Assembly: GCF_963921235.1 (NCBI RefSeq)
Contig: NC_086122.1
Coordinates: 24,490,001 to 24,554,000, forward strand
DNA from: Mobula hypostoma
Taxonomy: Eukaryota
Reading direction: 5' to 3'
DNA length: 64,000 bases
The position numbers and the translations under genes were made by a program. The notes beneath the pieces were generated by a model. The model was given only the letters and a program-made list of their open reading frames with translations, had not been told where the DNA came from and searched no databases. Positions 25,171-37,880 of this stretch are shown here, piece by piece (positions within the stretch are counted from its first letter, which is position 1; the number at the start of each line of letters is the position of its first letter).

Positions 25171-26244
25171 TCACGAACAAACACTTGAAACCTGGGTTTT
25201 GATCTGTCCATCAGACTCCATGCTGCTCTCCAGAGATGCCGCCTGCTTCTTGCACCCAGACAAAATATTGAATGTTATACGGCGCATCTCTTTGCTCCTT
25301 AACACATAAACTATTGGATTCATGGTTGAATGTAGCAAGCACAGTATGCTGCAAAACGCAAACACCGTTTTGGTATCTTTGCTTACATCGGCAAATATAT
25401 CATAAGTCATTAGAATCAAGGCTGGAGACCAAAAAGTAATCAAAATAATTAATATTAGGCCTAGTGTTTTGGCAAGCTTAATGTCCATACGTTTGTGTTC
25501 TAATTTTGCTTGATGTTTCCTTCTTTGTTTCTCCATGTAGACCGAATGAAAATGAGCCTTCAATAGAATATGTACATAGACATGAATTATTATAACTAAC
25601 AGACAGGTTGTAAGCATTATCCAGCAGATTAAATAGGTTTCATCAACTAAAGGAAATAGCTGGGAACACGTAAAATGTGACCGACAGCAATTCCAACCCA
25701 TCAAAGGAAGTAAGCCTATAAAAATAACCAATAGCCACATAACTAAGATACAATTCACTGCTTTCTTCTTTGTAATAATTGTCTTGTATTCAGAAGGCTT
25801 GTGAATGCATATGTACCTGTCAATAGCAGTGAGCAGCAAACTGCCCACTGAAGCTGAGAATGACACAATGACACATCCCAGTTTAAACAGAAATACTTGC
25901 GTGTTGTCCTTGCTCTTGACAACATGGAAGCTAATAAAACTGTAGACAAATACAGCACTTGCTATGAGATCAGCAGTGGCAAGGCTTGTGATAAATAAAT
26001 AAGAGGGTCGTTTTCGGAGTTGTGGAGTCAAAAGTATCACACATATAATGAAAATGTTCTCCAAAACAGTAAAAGGCCCCACTATTGAACACAATGTGGC
26101 AACTATTTTCCTTTGGCTTTCTGTAAGGACTGCGAACTGTTCGATAAGCAAGACATCATGGCTACAAACTGTGTCCTCAGGTCTTGGAGTGTAAGAAACA
26201 GATACGTTGGAGTTGGATGTTGGAGTTGAATCATTTCCATTCAT
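25171..26244 (-). CDS. CNR2: Cannabinoid receptor 2-like class A GPCR (357 aa, intronless CDS)
   Basis: Seven hydrophobic segments with cannabinoid-receptor motifs: LENIF, RPSYLFITSLATADL, FLFKLG..SF.ASVGSLLLTAIDRY, LPLMGWNCC, CSQLFPL, RMDIKLAKTL, VFAFCS..NPIVY.LRS. The short N-terminus and ~360 aa length fit CB2 rather than CB1. The ORF-track start at 26256 is a TTG. The first ATG is at 26244 (gtgaaaATG) and an in-frame TAA lies upstream. Confidence 0.92.
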   Translation of the reverse strand: MNGNDSTPTSNSNVSVSYTPRPEDTVCSHDVLLIEQFAVLTESQRKIVATLCSIVGPFTVLENIFIICVILLTPQLRKRPSYLFITSLATADLIASAVFVYSFISFHVVKSKDNTQVFLFKLGCVIVSFSASVGSLLLTAIDRYICIHKPSEYKTIITKKKAVNCILVMWLLVIFIGLLPLMGWNCCRSHFTCSQLFPLVDETYLICWIMLTTCLLVIIIHVYVHILLKAHFHSVYMEKQRRKHQAKLEHKRMDIKLAKTLGLILIILITFWSPALILMTYDIFADVSKDTKTVFAFCSILCLLHSTMNPIVYVLRSKEMRRITFNILSGCKKQAASLESSMESDGQIKTQVSSVCS

Positions 26245-26394
26245 TTTCACAGGCAAGATATCTAAGTTTTATCCTTCGGAATTCTTCAGTGCTTCTAAAG
26301 AAGGTTTAATCTGATTGAGGACCTCTAAAGATAGATTTCAAAGAGGAATTTTCAGTCTTCTTTAAGCTCTTCGGCACCAATTCTCCACTCTATA

Positions 26395-26425
26395 CCTAAA
26401 AAAGAGAGAGCATAAATTAATCACT
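26395..26425 (-). promoter_or_regulatory. Splice acceptor of the CNR2 coding exon (about 150 nt of 5'UTR before the ATG)
   Basis: Minus strand reads tatgctctctcttttttAG|GTATAG, a pyrimidine tract plus AG, so the exon starts at 26395. No ATG occurs between 26395 and 26245. Confidence 0.65.
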
Positions 26426-27429
26426 AACGATGCTTTAATTTGACAATTTAATATATTAGGAAATTTGGAGGATACATATTAACGCAGTTAGATTATTTAA
26501 ATTCTAGTTTTGTTCTCCAGAACTCAATTGAAAGCAACATCATTGCTGTCCCAGGAGGCTTGCAATATTTCTTGGGGATCAATAATGTTTCAGGTTTCTG
26601 GTCCTTAGTAACAACTGAACGATGCATCTCATGCAAAACTCTTTCTGTTTGTACTTTTTTTTCTTATCAGTTTTGACGTTACTTTACGATTTTATGCCTT
26701 TTGTAATATCACGAATAGTACAGTGAGACTTGCTATAGACATTGATGAGTTCAAGAAATGGTAGGAAGACAATGTTAGGAAAATGTTGTCAGGATAGATT
26801 CTATTAAGACAAGAGAGCTCATGAAGGATTTTCAAACACGGCATCCATGCTGCAGTGGTGGTTGTTCATTTTATTTCCCTCATTTTATTTCCCTCTTGCT
26901 GCATTTAGTTCTCAGCCACTACTGTTTGTTCCAAACTCTCTGTTGTCTCCTGGAAAGACCAGGCATTGCTATCAATGCAGTTGAAGCATAAGTAGATATA
27001 AAGTTGCTTTGGTGCATTGCCTGGGTTACTTTCAACTAAAACCACCAAATGAATTACCCTTTCCAAGGCTCTGTAATGATATGACTGAGCTCCAGTCAAT
27101 TTCAGAGCAGATTTTATTTGATACTTTTGTATTTTTTATTTCTTCCTTAGGTGGTGCTAGACAATACAACATAATCATCCACCATCAATCCATTAGTCAA
27201 ATACATAATAAATTTTATATGCATTAGTACTGATCAGATATATTAATGCAATGAAAAAGATTGCATTATCCAGACAAACTAAGGTTGCTTATGGTTTACA
27301 AATCGAAATAGCATTTGTTTAAGTCCCCCGACACTCAGGGATTTGAATGAAACAAAACCTAATTCATGTAGTTTAAATCTCAAATGTCTATCATCTTGCT
27401 TGGAAATGACATTTACAATATTTTATATA

Positions 27430-27670
27430 TCGGGTTTACAGTACGAATGAGCTGGGTTCAATTCCTGCCGCTGTCTGTAAGGAGTTTGTATGTTCTCCCC
27501 GTGACTGTGTTGGTTTCCTCCCACAGTCCAAAGACGTGCTCTTTGGTAGGTGAATTGGTCATTGTAAATTGTCCCGTGATTAGGCTGGCGTTAAATCAGA
27601 GGTTGCTGGACGGCGAGTTTCCAAGGGCTGAAAGGGCCTGTTCTGCACTGTATCTAAATAAATAAATGAA
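27430..27670 (+). mobile_element. V-SINE (HE1-like)
   Basis: B-box-like GGGTTCAATTCC, V-domain gtttgtatgttctccccgtg..tttcctcccacagtccaaagac and a (TAAA)n tail. Other copies at about 40650-40942(-), 45580-45835(-), 50060-50305(-), 59950-60100(+) and 60130-60375(-). Confidence 0.8.
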
Positions 27671-29354
27671 TAAACTAACTAACTAAAACAGGGCACACAG
27701 TTTAACTGCTTTTGGATCTTGTTTTCCAAAGAGAAACCAGGATTTTTTAACGGAAATATTAAATGTTATTTAAACTCCTTTCTAAACTCATGCAAGCACA
27801 GTACATCCTTTTACATTGGGACCGTCCAAATGCTGTGCATACACCAAATGATAAATCTCTGGTAACATTTTGCATATGCTTGCAACAGTGGGATCTCATT
27901 AAAGTTACATAGACCAGGGATAATTTTTAAAAGTAATGCAGTGGCACAAAATAATTAGTTATTTGTGCAACGTTCCACCAAAACAAAAGGTGAACATACA
28001 GCTAAAAAAAACCAGCCACGTATGTGCTATTTGTCAATTATTGTATTGATCTCTGACTCATTTTGCATACTCTCTTCATGAAGGATTTCTTAACAAGCAA
28101 ATCCATAGACCCTTAATATACGGATATTAGCTATTAAACTGAGACAGATTTGTGATCTTCTGTATTTGGTTTAACAACAAGAGAAGTTGCTTGGATGGTA
28201 TGTTGTTTTGGCTAAGAACACAGATGAAGGGAGTTTGGTGAGGGGAGTGGAAAACCCGACAGGATTGAAGAAGTTGACTCCTCTTGAGGTCCAGAATAAA
28301 CAAAAACAGGGCAGTAAATGAGTTTTCTTTTGAACACAATGGAACAAGCAAAGAAGAAATTAGTGCTTCACTGTACTCAGAACTTCACAGGAACTAGGAG
28401 AGATATCTGGAGACACATTCGCCCTAATGGTTCCGTTAGAGTAAACGAAGAACAGAAATGTGAGAGAATTGAGTCAGACTAAGATAAGGGTTTGCAGATA
28501 CAAGAGAAATTTTCATGTCTTCAGTGGATGTATGTTTATCAGTGGAAGTAACATAGGTATTGGATTTCTCTGAAGCAACTTTGACATTTTGGCAATATAG
28601 TTGTTCACAATATATTTCAAATGATTCAAAGGCTGTAAGTTTCAGCTAATTATTTTATTTCCATACTAAATTATATTTTGAGACAGGATGTTGAAGGAAT
28701 TCCGAAGGTCTGGGATGATGATCGTGAAAATGCACAAAATCCACTGACAAATGTTCAAACGGAAATATAGCTTTCCTATTTTATTACAAGAGTCAAATCT
28801 GATGATGACTTATCTGGTCCCTAGAAAAGACTCAACTGAAAATAGAATCTGGAAATGCTGTAAATGCTCAGCAGGTTGGGCAGTATCTACAGAGAGAAAA
28901 ATTGTGTTAATGTTTCAACTCAATAACCTTTTGTCAGAACTGATGAATGCACTGATAGCGCTGATGAAAATTTAATAATCTGAAATATTTCCTCACAGAT
29001 GCTGCATTTTCTGGTTTTCTAAATTTCAAATTTTAGGTACTTTTTTATGCTCTTCAAAATCCTAATATGAAAGGACTGGTGTACAACCAAAAGAATTCCA
29101 CCTCCATAACTTTCACAATTTGGTTCTCTTGAAAATTAGGGTTGGAGTTAGAGTGTATTAAAACATAGAACATTACGATACAGTATAGGCTATTCAGCCC
29201 AATTTATTGTGCTGACTTTTTAGCCTATTCCAAGATTAATCTAACCCTTCTTTCCCACTTAGACCACCATTTTCTTTATTCTGTAGGCTTAATACTCTCC
29301 TAAATGTTCCCAGTGTGTCTGAATTGCTCAACCTCTCCACCTAAGATGCTCTTC

Positions 29355-29940
29355 AGTCCAGTCAAGATCCTGGTAAGTTGGGGGACTGCTTCATCGAGCA
29401 GCTCTGCTCCATCTGCCTTAAAGCAGAGCTTCGCAGTGGCCAGACATTTTAATTCCGATTCCCATTCCCATTCCAACGTACTGGCCCATGGCCTCCTCTT
29501 GTGCCAAGATGAGGTCACCCTCAAGGTGGAGGAGCAGCACCTCATATTCCTTTTGGGTAGCCTCCATGATGGCATGAATATCAATTTCTCCTCCTGGTAA
29601 AAAAAATCTCTTCCCCCTCCCCTCTTCTTTTCCCCACTCAGGCCTCTTATCTCTTCTTACCTGCTTAGCAACTCCCCCTACTTCCCCTCTTCGTTCCCTT
29701 TCTCCTATGGTCCATTCTCCTCTCCTATCAAATTCCTTCCCCTCCAGCCCTTCACCTTCCCTTCCCCTCAGCTTTTTATTCTGTCATCTTCCCCCTTCCT
29801 CTCCAGTCCTGAAGAAGGGTCTCGGCCCAAAACATGGACTGCTTATTAATTTCCATAGATGCTGCCTGGCCTGCAGAGATCCTCTGCATTTTGTGTGTGT
29901 TGCTTTGGATTTCCAGCATCTGCAGAATTTCGTGTGTCTA
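29355..29940 (+). mobile_element. Penelope-like 3' fragment (GIY-YIG remnant, UTR, hammerhead motif 29804-29841, tail)
   Basis: VARHFNSDSHSHS..HGLL.C.DE.TLKVEEQHLIF.LGSL; CAGTC-CTGAAGA-AGGGTCTCGGCCC-AAAAC. Confidence 0.85.
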
Positions 29941-31839
29941 TCCTTCTAAATCTGCTCTTCACTCTCTCTGAAGCTTCCACAGCTTTTCTATATTGAGGTG
30001 ACCAGAGATGAACACAATAATTGTGTATTGCTGATGAAAATGTTAAAGATAAAATCAGGTGTATTCATTAATTTCTATTTTGATTTCACATTTCCAGCAT
30101 TTCCTTTGTTTTTTCCTCTATCGGTTTGGTGTACAATGTTCTAAACTTTCATTATAACATGCAAAATACATGACTGACTTTCCAATAAACATAAAATATC
30201 TCCTCTCATGGAGAATCTATGGCACAAAATGGTTTCTCTCTTAGTTTCAGATATCCTTAGAGGTCTTCAGCAGATGCATGTGATGGGTGATCTAATGACA
30301 ACTAATTCAGAAATTCTGGCTCTGTTTTCCAAATATACCTTCATCCTATTTCATACTTTTCCACAAAATGAGGGTTGAAAATTTGCAGCCAGGCTTGGGG
30401 TGATCCATGGCAGAGTTAAATGAAAGTTTAGCATCTTTAAAAGATAATCACCAAGATTGTTTTACCCATTGCTTAACTAATACAGGCATTCTCCAGGTTA
30501 TTGGCAGAGCCACATTCCTGGGAACTGTTTGTAAGTCAGAAGTGAACAATGCGGATACTGGCTTTTATTTCTGTTATGGCTAGGAGGGCGACCTTGCTTA
30601 AATGGAAGGAGGTTGCCCCCCCCCCAACACATGCTCAATGGTTATGCGATGTTGTCATGTTTAAATTTAGAGATTCGTTGTTCAATTTCTGATTCTAATC
30701 AAGATTTTCAAATGTTATGGGGCCCCTTTCTGAACTATTTTGAAAATCTTTGAATTGTTATTGTTATTAAAATATAGATCTGGGCTATTATTATAAAACA
30801 CTGTATGGTAAAGTACTCTTTGTTTTTTTTTTAACCAATCAGCTTTGTCTTGGTAGTGGGTGTAAATTTTTTAAAATAATATAATTAACCATATTATTGT
30901 ATTTCATAATTCAAATTATTTTATTTGATTGATCATGAATATGGGATACCATGATTGTATCAGTATGATTTATATATAGTGCATTATGTGCTACCTTATT
31001 TTGATTTATAATAATTATCCTTATGAATTCTGTATTTATGTATATGACATTTAATAAATTTAATAAAAGTATTGGAAAAAGAAAGACAGAAATGAGCAGA
31101 AGCAGTGTGCAGGAGAGGATCACAAAAACAGCTGTGACAGGAGAGCAAGCAGGTGAGGGAAGTACAGCCACTAGCCGCCTCACTGACTCAGAGATAAACG
31201 AATAGGTCTGCTCAGTGCTTCCAACTCTGCTTGGTTTGACCCAGCCCAGCCCTCCGATTGTTGCAGTTAGATGGTGGCGGTGGGGGGAGGTAATAGAATG
31301 CAACAGAAATGCCTCCTTCACACCCAGCAGAAGATGCTAACAGCCCTACAGCAGCCAGAAAATCCATTTTAATGATCTCCTAAATGTTTATCCTCATAAA
31401 TCGGCTGCTCGGAACTGTAGGTTTCAGAAAAGAAACCAGCCGTCTCCACACAATTTGACTTGCTCATGTCTTCTATAGCACATTAGTTAACTCTGAACTT
31501 CACATTGAAGTACCCCAGCAAAATACTCAGTGAAAAATGATGAGAAATAAAAGAATACTAATTAACTGCCTTAGAAGATCAATGCATGAAATCAAGGTAT
31601 AAAAGTTGTGAATCCAGTTTTGCCAAGCATTAACATCTAACAACTTCAGTCAAAGTTGAGAGACCCATTGAGCAGATATAGTCTGTGATGAATCCCAATT
31701 TATGTCACAACCACGGACTCTGCCGTGGAGCTTGGGAGCCCTCGCAGGCAGGCAGCTGAAAATGTGTCCTTCAATCACGCTCGTGAGAATGCACATTATA
31801 GCCAACTGGCTATATTTAACTACTTTCATTCACTCCAGA

Positions 31840-32090
31840 GGACCCAGGCTGGTGGTGTAGTGGCATCAGTGCCGGCTTCAGACGAAAGGTCCTGAGTTCA
31901 AATCCAGCCAGCTCCCCTGCACGCTTTCCATCTGTGCTGGGTTACAAGCTGGTTGGAAACTCACCCAGCAGAAGGCAATGGCAAACCACTGCTGTAACTT
32001 GCCTCGTACATGGTTCCCCATTACATAAGAGAGGCGTGGAGGGAAATCATTTGCTAACCGAAGAAACTCTGGATGCGATGTACCTTTTCT
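31840..32090 (+). mobile_element. tRNA-headed SINE with an RTE-type 3' end
   Basis: A box TGGTGTAGTGG and B box GAGTTCAAATCC. The 3' part gaaggcaatggcaaaccactgctgtaac is shared with 32284-32803. Confidence 0.75.
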
Positions 32091-32283
32091 TTCCATTCAC
32101 TAAAGAGACGGACGTGAACATCTCCAACCAAAAGAATCTACAGTCCTCCATTTGATGTTCAATAACATTCTTTGTAAGTATTCCCTTACAGTCAGAACAT
32201 AGAATATAGAACAGTACAGCACAGTGGAGGCCCTTTGACCCACAATGTCATGCCGAGCTTTTAACCTATACTAAGATCAATCT

Positions 32284-32803
32284 GGGGTGTCTAGGGAGGG
32301 GTAGCACCTCTGGTGGGGAGGGCCTGCCGTGCCCTTTTTCAGGGCAGCTCGTCCACCTTCGGTTCCCACCTGGCGCTCAGCTCTCACCTGTTACTCCAAG
32401 TAGCTGTAACACGCGCAGCGGCCACACCCTGGTAAACCGTCTCGGCAGACAGGCCAAACCAGGTGAGGGTAGCCGACGGGTCTCGACCCTCGGTGAGTTA
32501 GGGGATCTATCTGTCCCAGCGTGTGAAGTCTGGCCCTGGCAGACTGAGCGGGGGAGACCAATTAATGGTCCAACGGTCAAGAAGGCAGGCCAGCAGGCGT
32601 TGGTGGAGCGCTAAGAGCACGACAAGGCACTTAGACGTCCTGGTCATCCACCGCAAGAGGTGGTGATCTCTTTAAACTCACCTGGAAGAAGGCAAAGGCA
32701 AACCACTGCTGTAACCTGCCACGAACATGACTTCGCAATATGTCAGAGCGGCGTGGAGGGAAATCATCTGCCAACTGGAAATTCCAGATGCGACCTAACG
32801 ACG
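32284..32803 (+). mobile_element. Non-autonomous RTE-derived retroposon nested in a CR1 tail
   Basis: 11-bp TSD aagatcaatct (32273-32283, 32804-32814), GC-rich 5' part and RTE/BovB-like ggcaaaccact 3' module. Confidence 0.75.
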
Positions 32804-33360
32804 AAGATCAATCTAACCCTTCTGTCCTGCACAGTCTTCCATGTTTTTCAATATCCATGAACCTAATTCAGAGTTTCTTAATTGACCCTAATGTATCTGC
32901 TTCTACCACGACCGCTGGCAGGCTATTCCAAGCACCCAGCCCTCGCTGTAAAAAAAGTATATCTGTCATTCCCACCCCCCCCATACTTTCCTCCAATCAA
33001 CTAAAAATCATGATCCCTGGTATTAGCCACCATCTCCCCAAGCAAAATTATATGGCCATCCACTCAATCTATACCTGTTGTCATACTGTACATCTCCATT
33101 AAGTTGCTCCTTTGCTTGAAAGAGGAAAGCCCTCTCCTGCTCCATTTTTCCTCTCTTGCTCATCCTGGTAAGTCTTTACTGCGCCCTCTCTAATGCTTCT
33201 ACATCCTTCCTATAGGGAGGTAACCAGAGCTGAACGCAATACACCAAGTGAGCTATGACTTCTTTCCACCTCACATATGTGGTTCTGAGGGGTCTTATGA
33301 ACCTTATATAGGATCTTCTAGACTCTGTCACAGTGGGGATAGAAGAGAGAGCAGGTGAGA

Positions 33361-34040
33361 GATTAGATTAGATTAGATTATGAGGACACGCAGTCCTCTT
33401 TTATTGTCATTTAGTAATGCATGCATTAAGAAATGATACAATGTTCCTCCAATATGATATGACAGAAACACAAGACAAACCAAGATTAAAAAACTGACAA
33501 AAACCACATAATTATAACATATAGTTACAACAGTGCAAAGCAATACCGTAATTTGATAAAGAACAAACAATGGGCACGGTAAAAAAAGTCTCAAAGTCTC
33601 TCGAAAGTCCCATGATCTCACGCAGATGTGGTAGAAGGAAAAAAACTCTCCCCGCCATGAACCTCCAGCGCCGCAAACTTGCAGATGCAGCACCCTGGAA
33701 GCACCCGACCACAGTCGACTCTTGAGTCCACCCGAAAACTTCGAGCCTCCGACCAGTCCTCCAATACCGAGCACCGAGCACCATCTCTGCCGAGCGCTTC
33801 GACCCCAGCCCCAGCAACAGGCAATAGGCAAAGCCGAGGATTTGGGGCCTTCCCCTCCGGAGATTCTCGATCGCACAGTAGTAGCGGCAGCGAAGCAGGC
33901 ATTTCAGAAGTTTCTCCAGGTGTTCCTCCGTGCTTCTCCCGGCTGTCTCCATCAAATCAGGATTGTGCACGGCATCCTACTTAACAAATACGATATCATT
34001 TCGGAGCGGCCGTGTGCGTTGCGCCGTGCTGTCATCTCCC
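33361..34040 (-). mobile_element. CpG-rich non-coding retroposon with an (ATCTA)n tail; truncated copy at 35935-36311 (+)
   Basis: Two homologous copies in opposite orientation, both ending ..aatgacaataaa..tcctcataatctaatct. Confidence 0.75.
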
Positions 34041-34049
34041 CTGTGGAGG

Positions 34050-34740
34050 AGATGGAGGGGACCATCCACCATTTTTGATAGACTTATGTGTGCTCCCCAT
34101 GAAGAAACTCACTGACTTCTGAGATGCACCTTCTTCACTTGGATCGGTTATAAGTCAGGAATTGCTCTAAGGCAGTGAGCACACGACATTTCTTCACGGG
34201 GGGGGGGCTTGAGAGCATCCTCAAAGCATCCACTCTGTACTCCCGGTAAATTGTTGCTATATTGGAGCTCAGAGAAGTGTGTTTGCTTCTGGAGTCTGGA
34301 ACCAGCCGTGCAAGCAATATGGCTCATCCACTGAAGCTGGCTAAATACAACATAAACCTCAGTGCCGGGAAGGTTAGTCTTGGAGAGGACGCTGCCAATA
34401 GTATGCTTATTCTGTTAATGTATTTGGAGGTTTTGTGGAGTTCCTGTTGATTTCATCCATTGATAGATGTTTCCATGTTTCCAAAGAATTCAGAAGGCAG
34501 TGGTTGTTGCTAGGGGTTACCAAGCGCTTGGTGGCAGGTTTGAGGTCTTGATCTTCAAATATTCAGATCCTCAGAGAGCAAAGACCATGATAACGCACTT
34601 GGAGGGGCAACGGAGGTTGTCACTGATGTCTGTTTTTACGGAAAGATTGCACTTGCAATACGGACCATTGTGGGCAATTTTTATGGATGTGGCTAGATGG
34701 TGCTGGAGAGAGGTGACACTTTGGTGGTGGCTAACAGGCA
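34050..34740 (-). mobile_element. Degraded RTE LINE fragment
   Basis: Minus-strand remnants typical of the RTE RT C-terminus (..KTSKYINRISIL..; FKYSDP region on the antisense strand). Heavily mutated. Confidence 0.5.
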
Positions 34741-34744
34741 GATA

Positions 34745-35250
34745 GACTCAGTTCCCACTTTATTAGGTACATCTGTACATCTGCTCACTAATGCAATTTT
34801 GAAATCATCCAGTCACATTGCAGGCATGGTCAAGAGGTTCATTTGTTGTTCAGAGAACTAACTGGGGAAGAAATATGACCCAAATGACTTTGACTGTGGA
34901 AAGATTTTTGGTGCTAGACGGGGTGCTTTGAGTATATCTAAAATTGCAGGTCCCCTTGGATTTTCATGCACAACAGTGTTCAGAGTTCACAGAGAATAGT
35001 TGAGAAAATCAAAAGAAAACCTCTGGTGTGTGGCAATTCTGTGGGTGAAAACGCCTTGTTAATGAGAGAGGTCAGAGGAGAATGGCCAGACTTGTTCAAG
35101 GCGACAGTATCTGAAATAACCATGTGTACAACAGTGGTGTGCAGAGGAGCACCTCTGAACGCAGAGCACGTCGAACCTTGAAGTGGACGGACTCAGGCCG
35201 CGGAAGACCATGAACCTACAGAAACGCACCCTGGCATCTTTATTAGATAA
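34745..35250 (+). mobile_element. Tc1-derived MITE or remnant
   Basis: Tc1-type end cactttattaggtaca and a transposase N-terminal remnant GKKYD.NDFD.G.IFGARR..SIS.IA..LGFS.TTV.RV.RE. Confidence 0.65.
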
Positions 35251-37339
35251 GGCTCTGGGAACTACTGCAGTAAATGATGTGCTTTTAAGCCAGTTAAGTG
35301 TGTTGACGATCCCACGAATATTTTACGGACTAGGCAGTCTCAGCAGAGCCAGCCGCCCTCAAGGCGAGCACAGAATCTGGAAGCATCGTGGAGAGCTCCA
35401 TTGTGCCAGAAAATGTGGTCACCAAGGAGGACATCAAGATTGAAGCATAGGGGCTCCAGGTCACCCCCACCCACCTCCTGTCCAGCATCCTTCTGGACAA
35501 TATACAAACGCTGGAGAACAAGAGGAAACCGGAGAGCAGGATTGCTTTATCAGGGGCAATTAAGGTTCTGCTCTATGGTCTGTTTCACGGAAACACGGCT
35601 CAAGCCAACTCTCCTGGTATGCCGAGCAAGGACCAGAATGCAGCGTTAGGTAGGGGAAAAGGCAGAGAGGCTTGCTTTATAATCATCTCATCTTGGTGTA
35701 CGGGTGTAGAGGAAATGACTCATTTCTGATCCCCTGCCCTGGAACAACTGGAAGTGAAGTGCCCATCGTCCTAACCACGCCAAGAAAATTCATCCGATCT
35801 GCGATCTACACCTTACCTCCGGCAGGCATCAAGCTAGCTCTCAAGGAACTATAATCAACAAGAACGAACAGGCATACCTCAACATCAAAGTGGAAGAGTT
35901 TAATCAGGTTAGTCTGTAGAAATTTCTACCTAAATTTCGAAGTTTTCGGATGCACTGACTCAGAGTTGGCTGTGGTTGGGTGCTTCCAATGCATCGACAG
36001 TTGTCGGTGCCTGGAGGTTTATGGCAGAGAGAGTTTCTCCCTTCTGCCGCCTGCTATCGGGGACTATCGGGAGTTGATTGGAACTTTGAGACTTTTTTTT
36101 ACCGTTCCCATGGTCTGCTCTTTATCAAATTATGGTATTGCTTTGCACTGCTGTAACTATATGTTATAATTATGTGGTCTTGTCAGTGCTAGTCTTTGGT
36201 TGTCTTGGTTTTTTTGTGATATCACTCTGGAGGAACATTGTATCATTTCTTAATGCATGCATTTCTAAATGACAATAAACGAGGACTGAATGTCCTCATA
36301 ATCTAATCTAACTACCATCAAAACATCATCCGCAATATAGAGGACTCAACATACTCGGCCACTGCTCTGCCGATGTCAAGAATGTTTACTTCCTCATTCC
36401 TAGACTGCACTTTAGGTCCAACCATTTGGTTCTGCATCTTCTGCCTTTGTGCAGACAGAGACTGAAGGTAACGAGGACTGTGAAAAAACTGGGCACGAGA
36501 GGCGGAGGAGCCAACTCAGAATTGCTTCGTGCCGGAGGACTGAGCTATATTCATCAGCCAGCCTAAATATGCCGAGGCTGTCACCATATTCATAAGGACA
36601 AGTATAGACGAGTGTGATACCCCCACGGAAAAAAAATCGTTTCCCCCAACTAGAAGATCCATAATCTGTTGAGCGCTCGATAATTTAGTGCCGGTGACCC
36701 AAAAGTCATAAGTTGTCTAGGTATCACCTCGGAAAGCCATTGTGGGCGTAATAAGGGGTAATTTCGAACTAAATTGGAATCACCGACGGACACTCGACAG
36801 CTGTACCAGGGTCTGCACAATATTATTTCATACAAGACAAATACACCTCAAGTTGAGTGGGTTGAGTGGGATCTGGGATCAGCCATGATAGAATGGCGGA
36901 GCAGACTCGACGGGCCGAATGGCCTGGTTCTGCTCCTATATCTTATGGTCTTATGGCCTAGGCGGCATCGCTGGGCCTCTGCTCTAGTCCTTGTGATCGT
37001 GTATTCCATCACAGCCCCAAAGCCATATCCAAGTTCACCGATGATGCTCCAGTTATTGGACAAATCACCGAGTCAGCGTACAGAAACGAGATAGGACTCC
37101 CAATGGAGTGGCGCCGCAAGAACAACTTCTCGCTTGACGTTGGTAACAGGAAAGAGCTGATTGTTGACTATAGGAAGGGGGAGGAGGGCGGACATCCACC
37201 AGCTACATTGGTGAATCGACGATGGAGAGACTCAGCCGATTTTAATTCCCCTGTGTTGGCGTATCGGATGACCTATCTTGGGTCCAACACATCAAAGCAA
37301 TCACAAGGAAGGTGCGACAGAGTCTTCGCAATCTTAGGA

Positions 37340-37770
37340 GATTAAGGAGGAACGAATTTCTACCTTCGGGGGGTGCGTAAAGGAAACACTTCAAAGAAAA
37401 CATCAAAATCAGCCTGATGAAATTCAGCATTACGTCAAAAAAGTGGGAAGACTTTGCACTCAATAGATACATCGAGAGGAAATCTGTTCAAGAGGGAGCT
37501 GTGCTACTACATGAAAACAACTTCCAATGTGCGCAGTGAACAAGGGGAAGCTGGGAAAGATGGCTCGGAAAAGCCAAAAGACCCAAGCACTAAAAGAAAA
37601 ACAGCCACTGCTACTCTTGCCCACGCTGCACCAGAATATGTGGATTCGGTTTCTGCCTATACAGTCACTCGAGGCCCCACCAGTAGACAATCCCAGAGGA
37701 GAACATCTTACTCCAATCGAGTGATCGCACTAATACCACTACTAGTATGGCAACTCAAATGCACAGGAAT
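37340..37770 (+). mobile_element. RTE LINE 3' end remnant
   Basis: GG.RK.HFKENIKISL, WEDFALNR and a terminal C2H2-like CPRCTRIC..SH.R.H. Confidence 0.6.
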
Positions 37771-37880
37771 GTATGCTGCGGCAGAGAGCTGGAGATTCAG
37801 CACAATACTTCACAGGCACATCCTTCCCCACCATCAGCCGTATCTTCATCAGATGACGTCTTAAGAAAGCAATCTCAGTC

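Noticed and set aside
26245-26256. ORF-track start of CNR2 at 26256
   Set aside because: It is a TTG. The first ATG in good context is at 26244.
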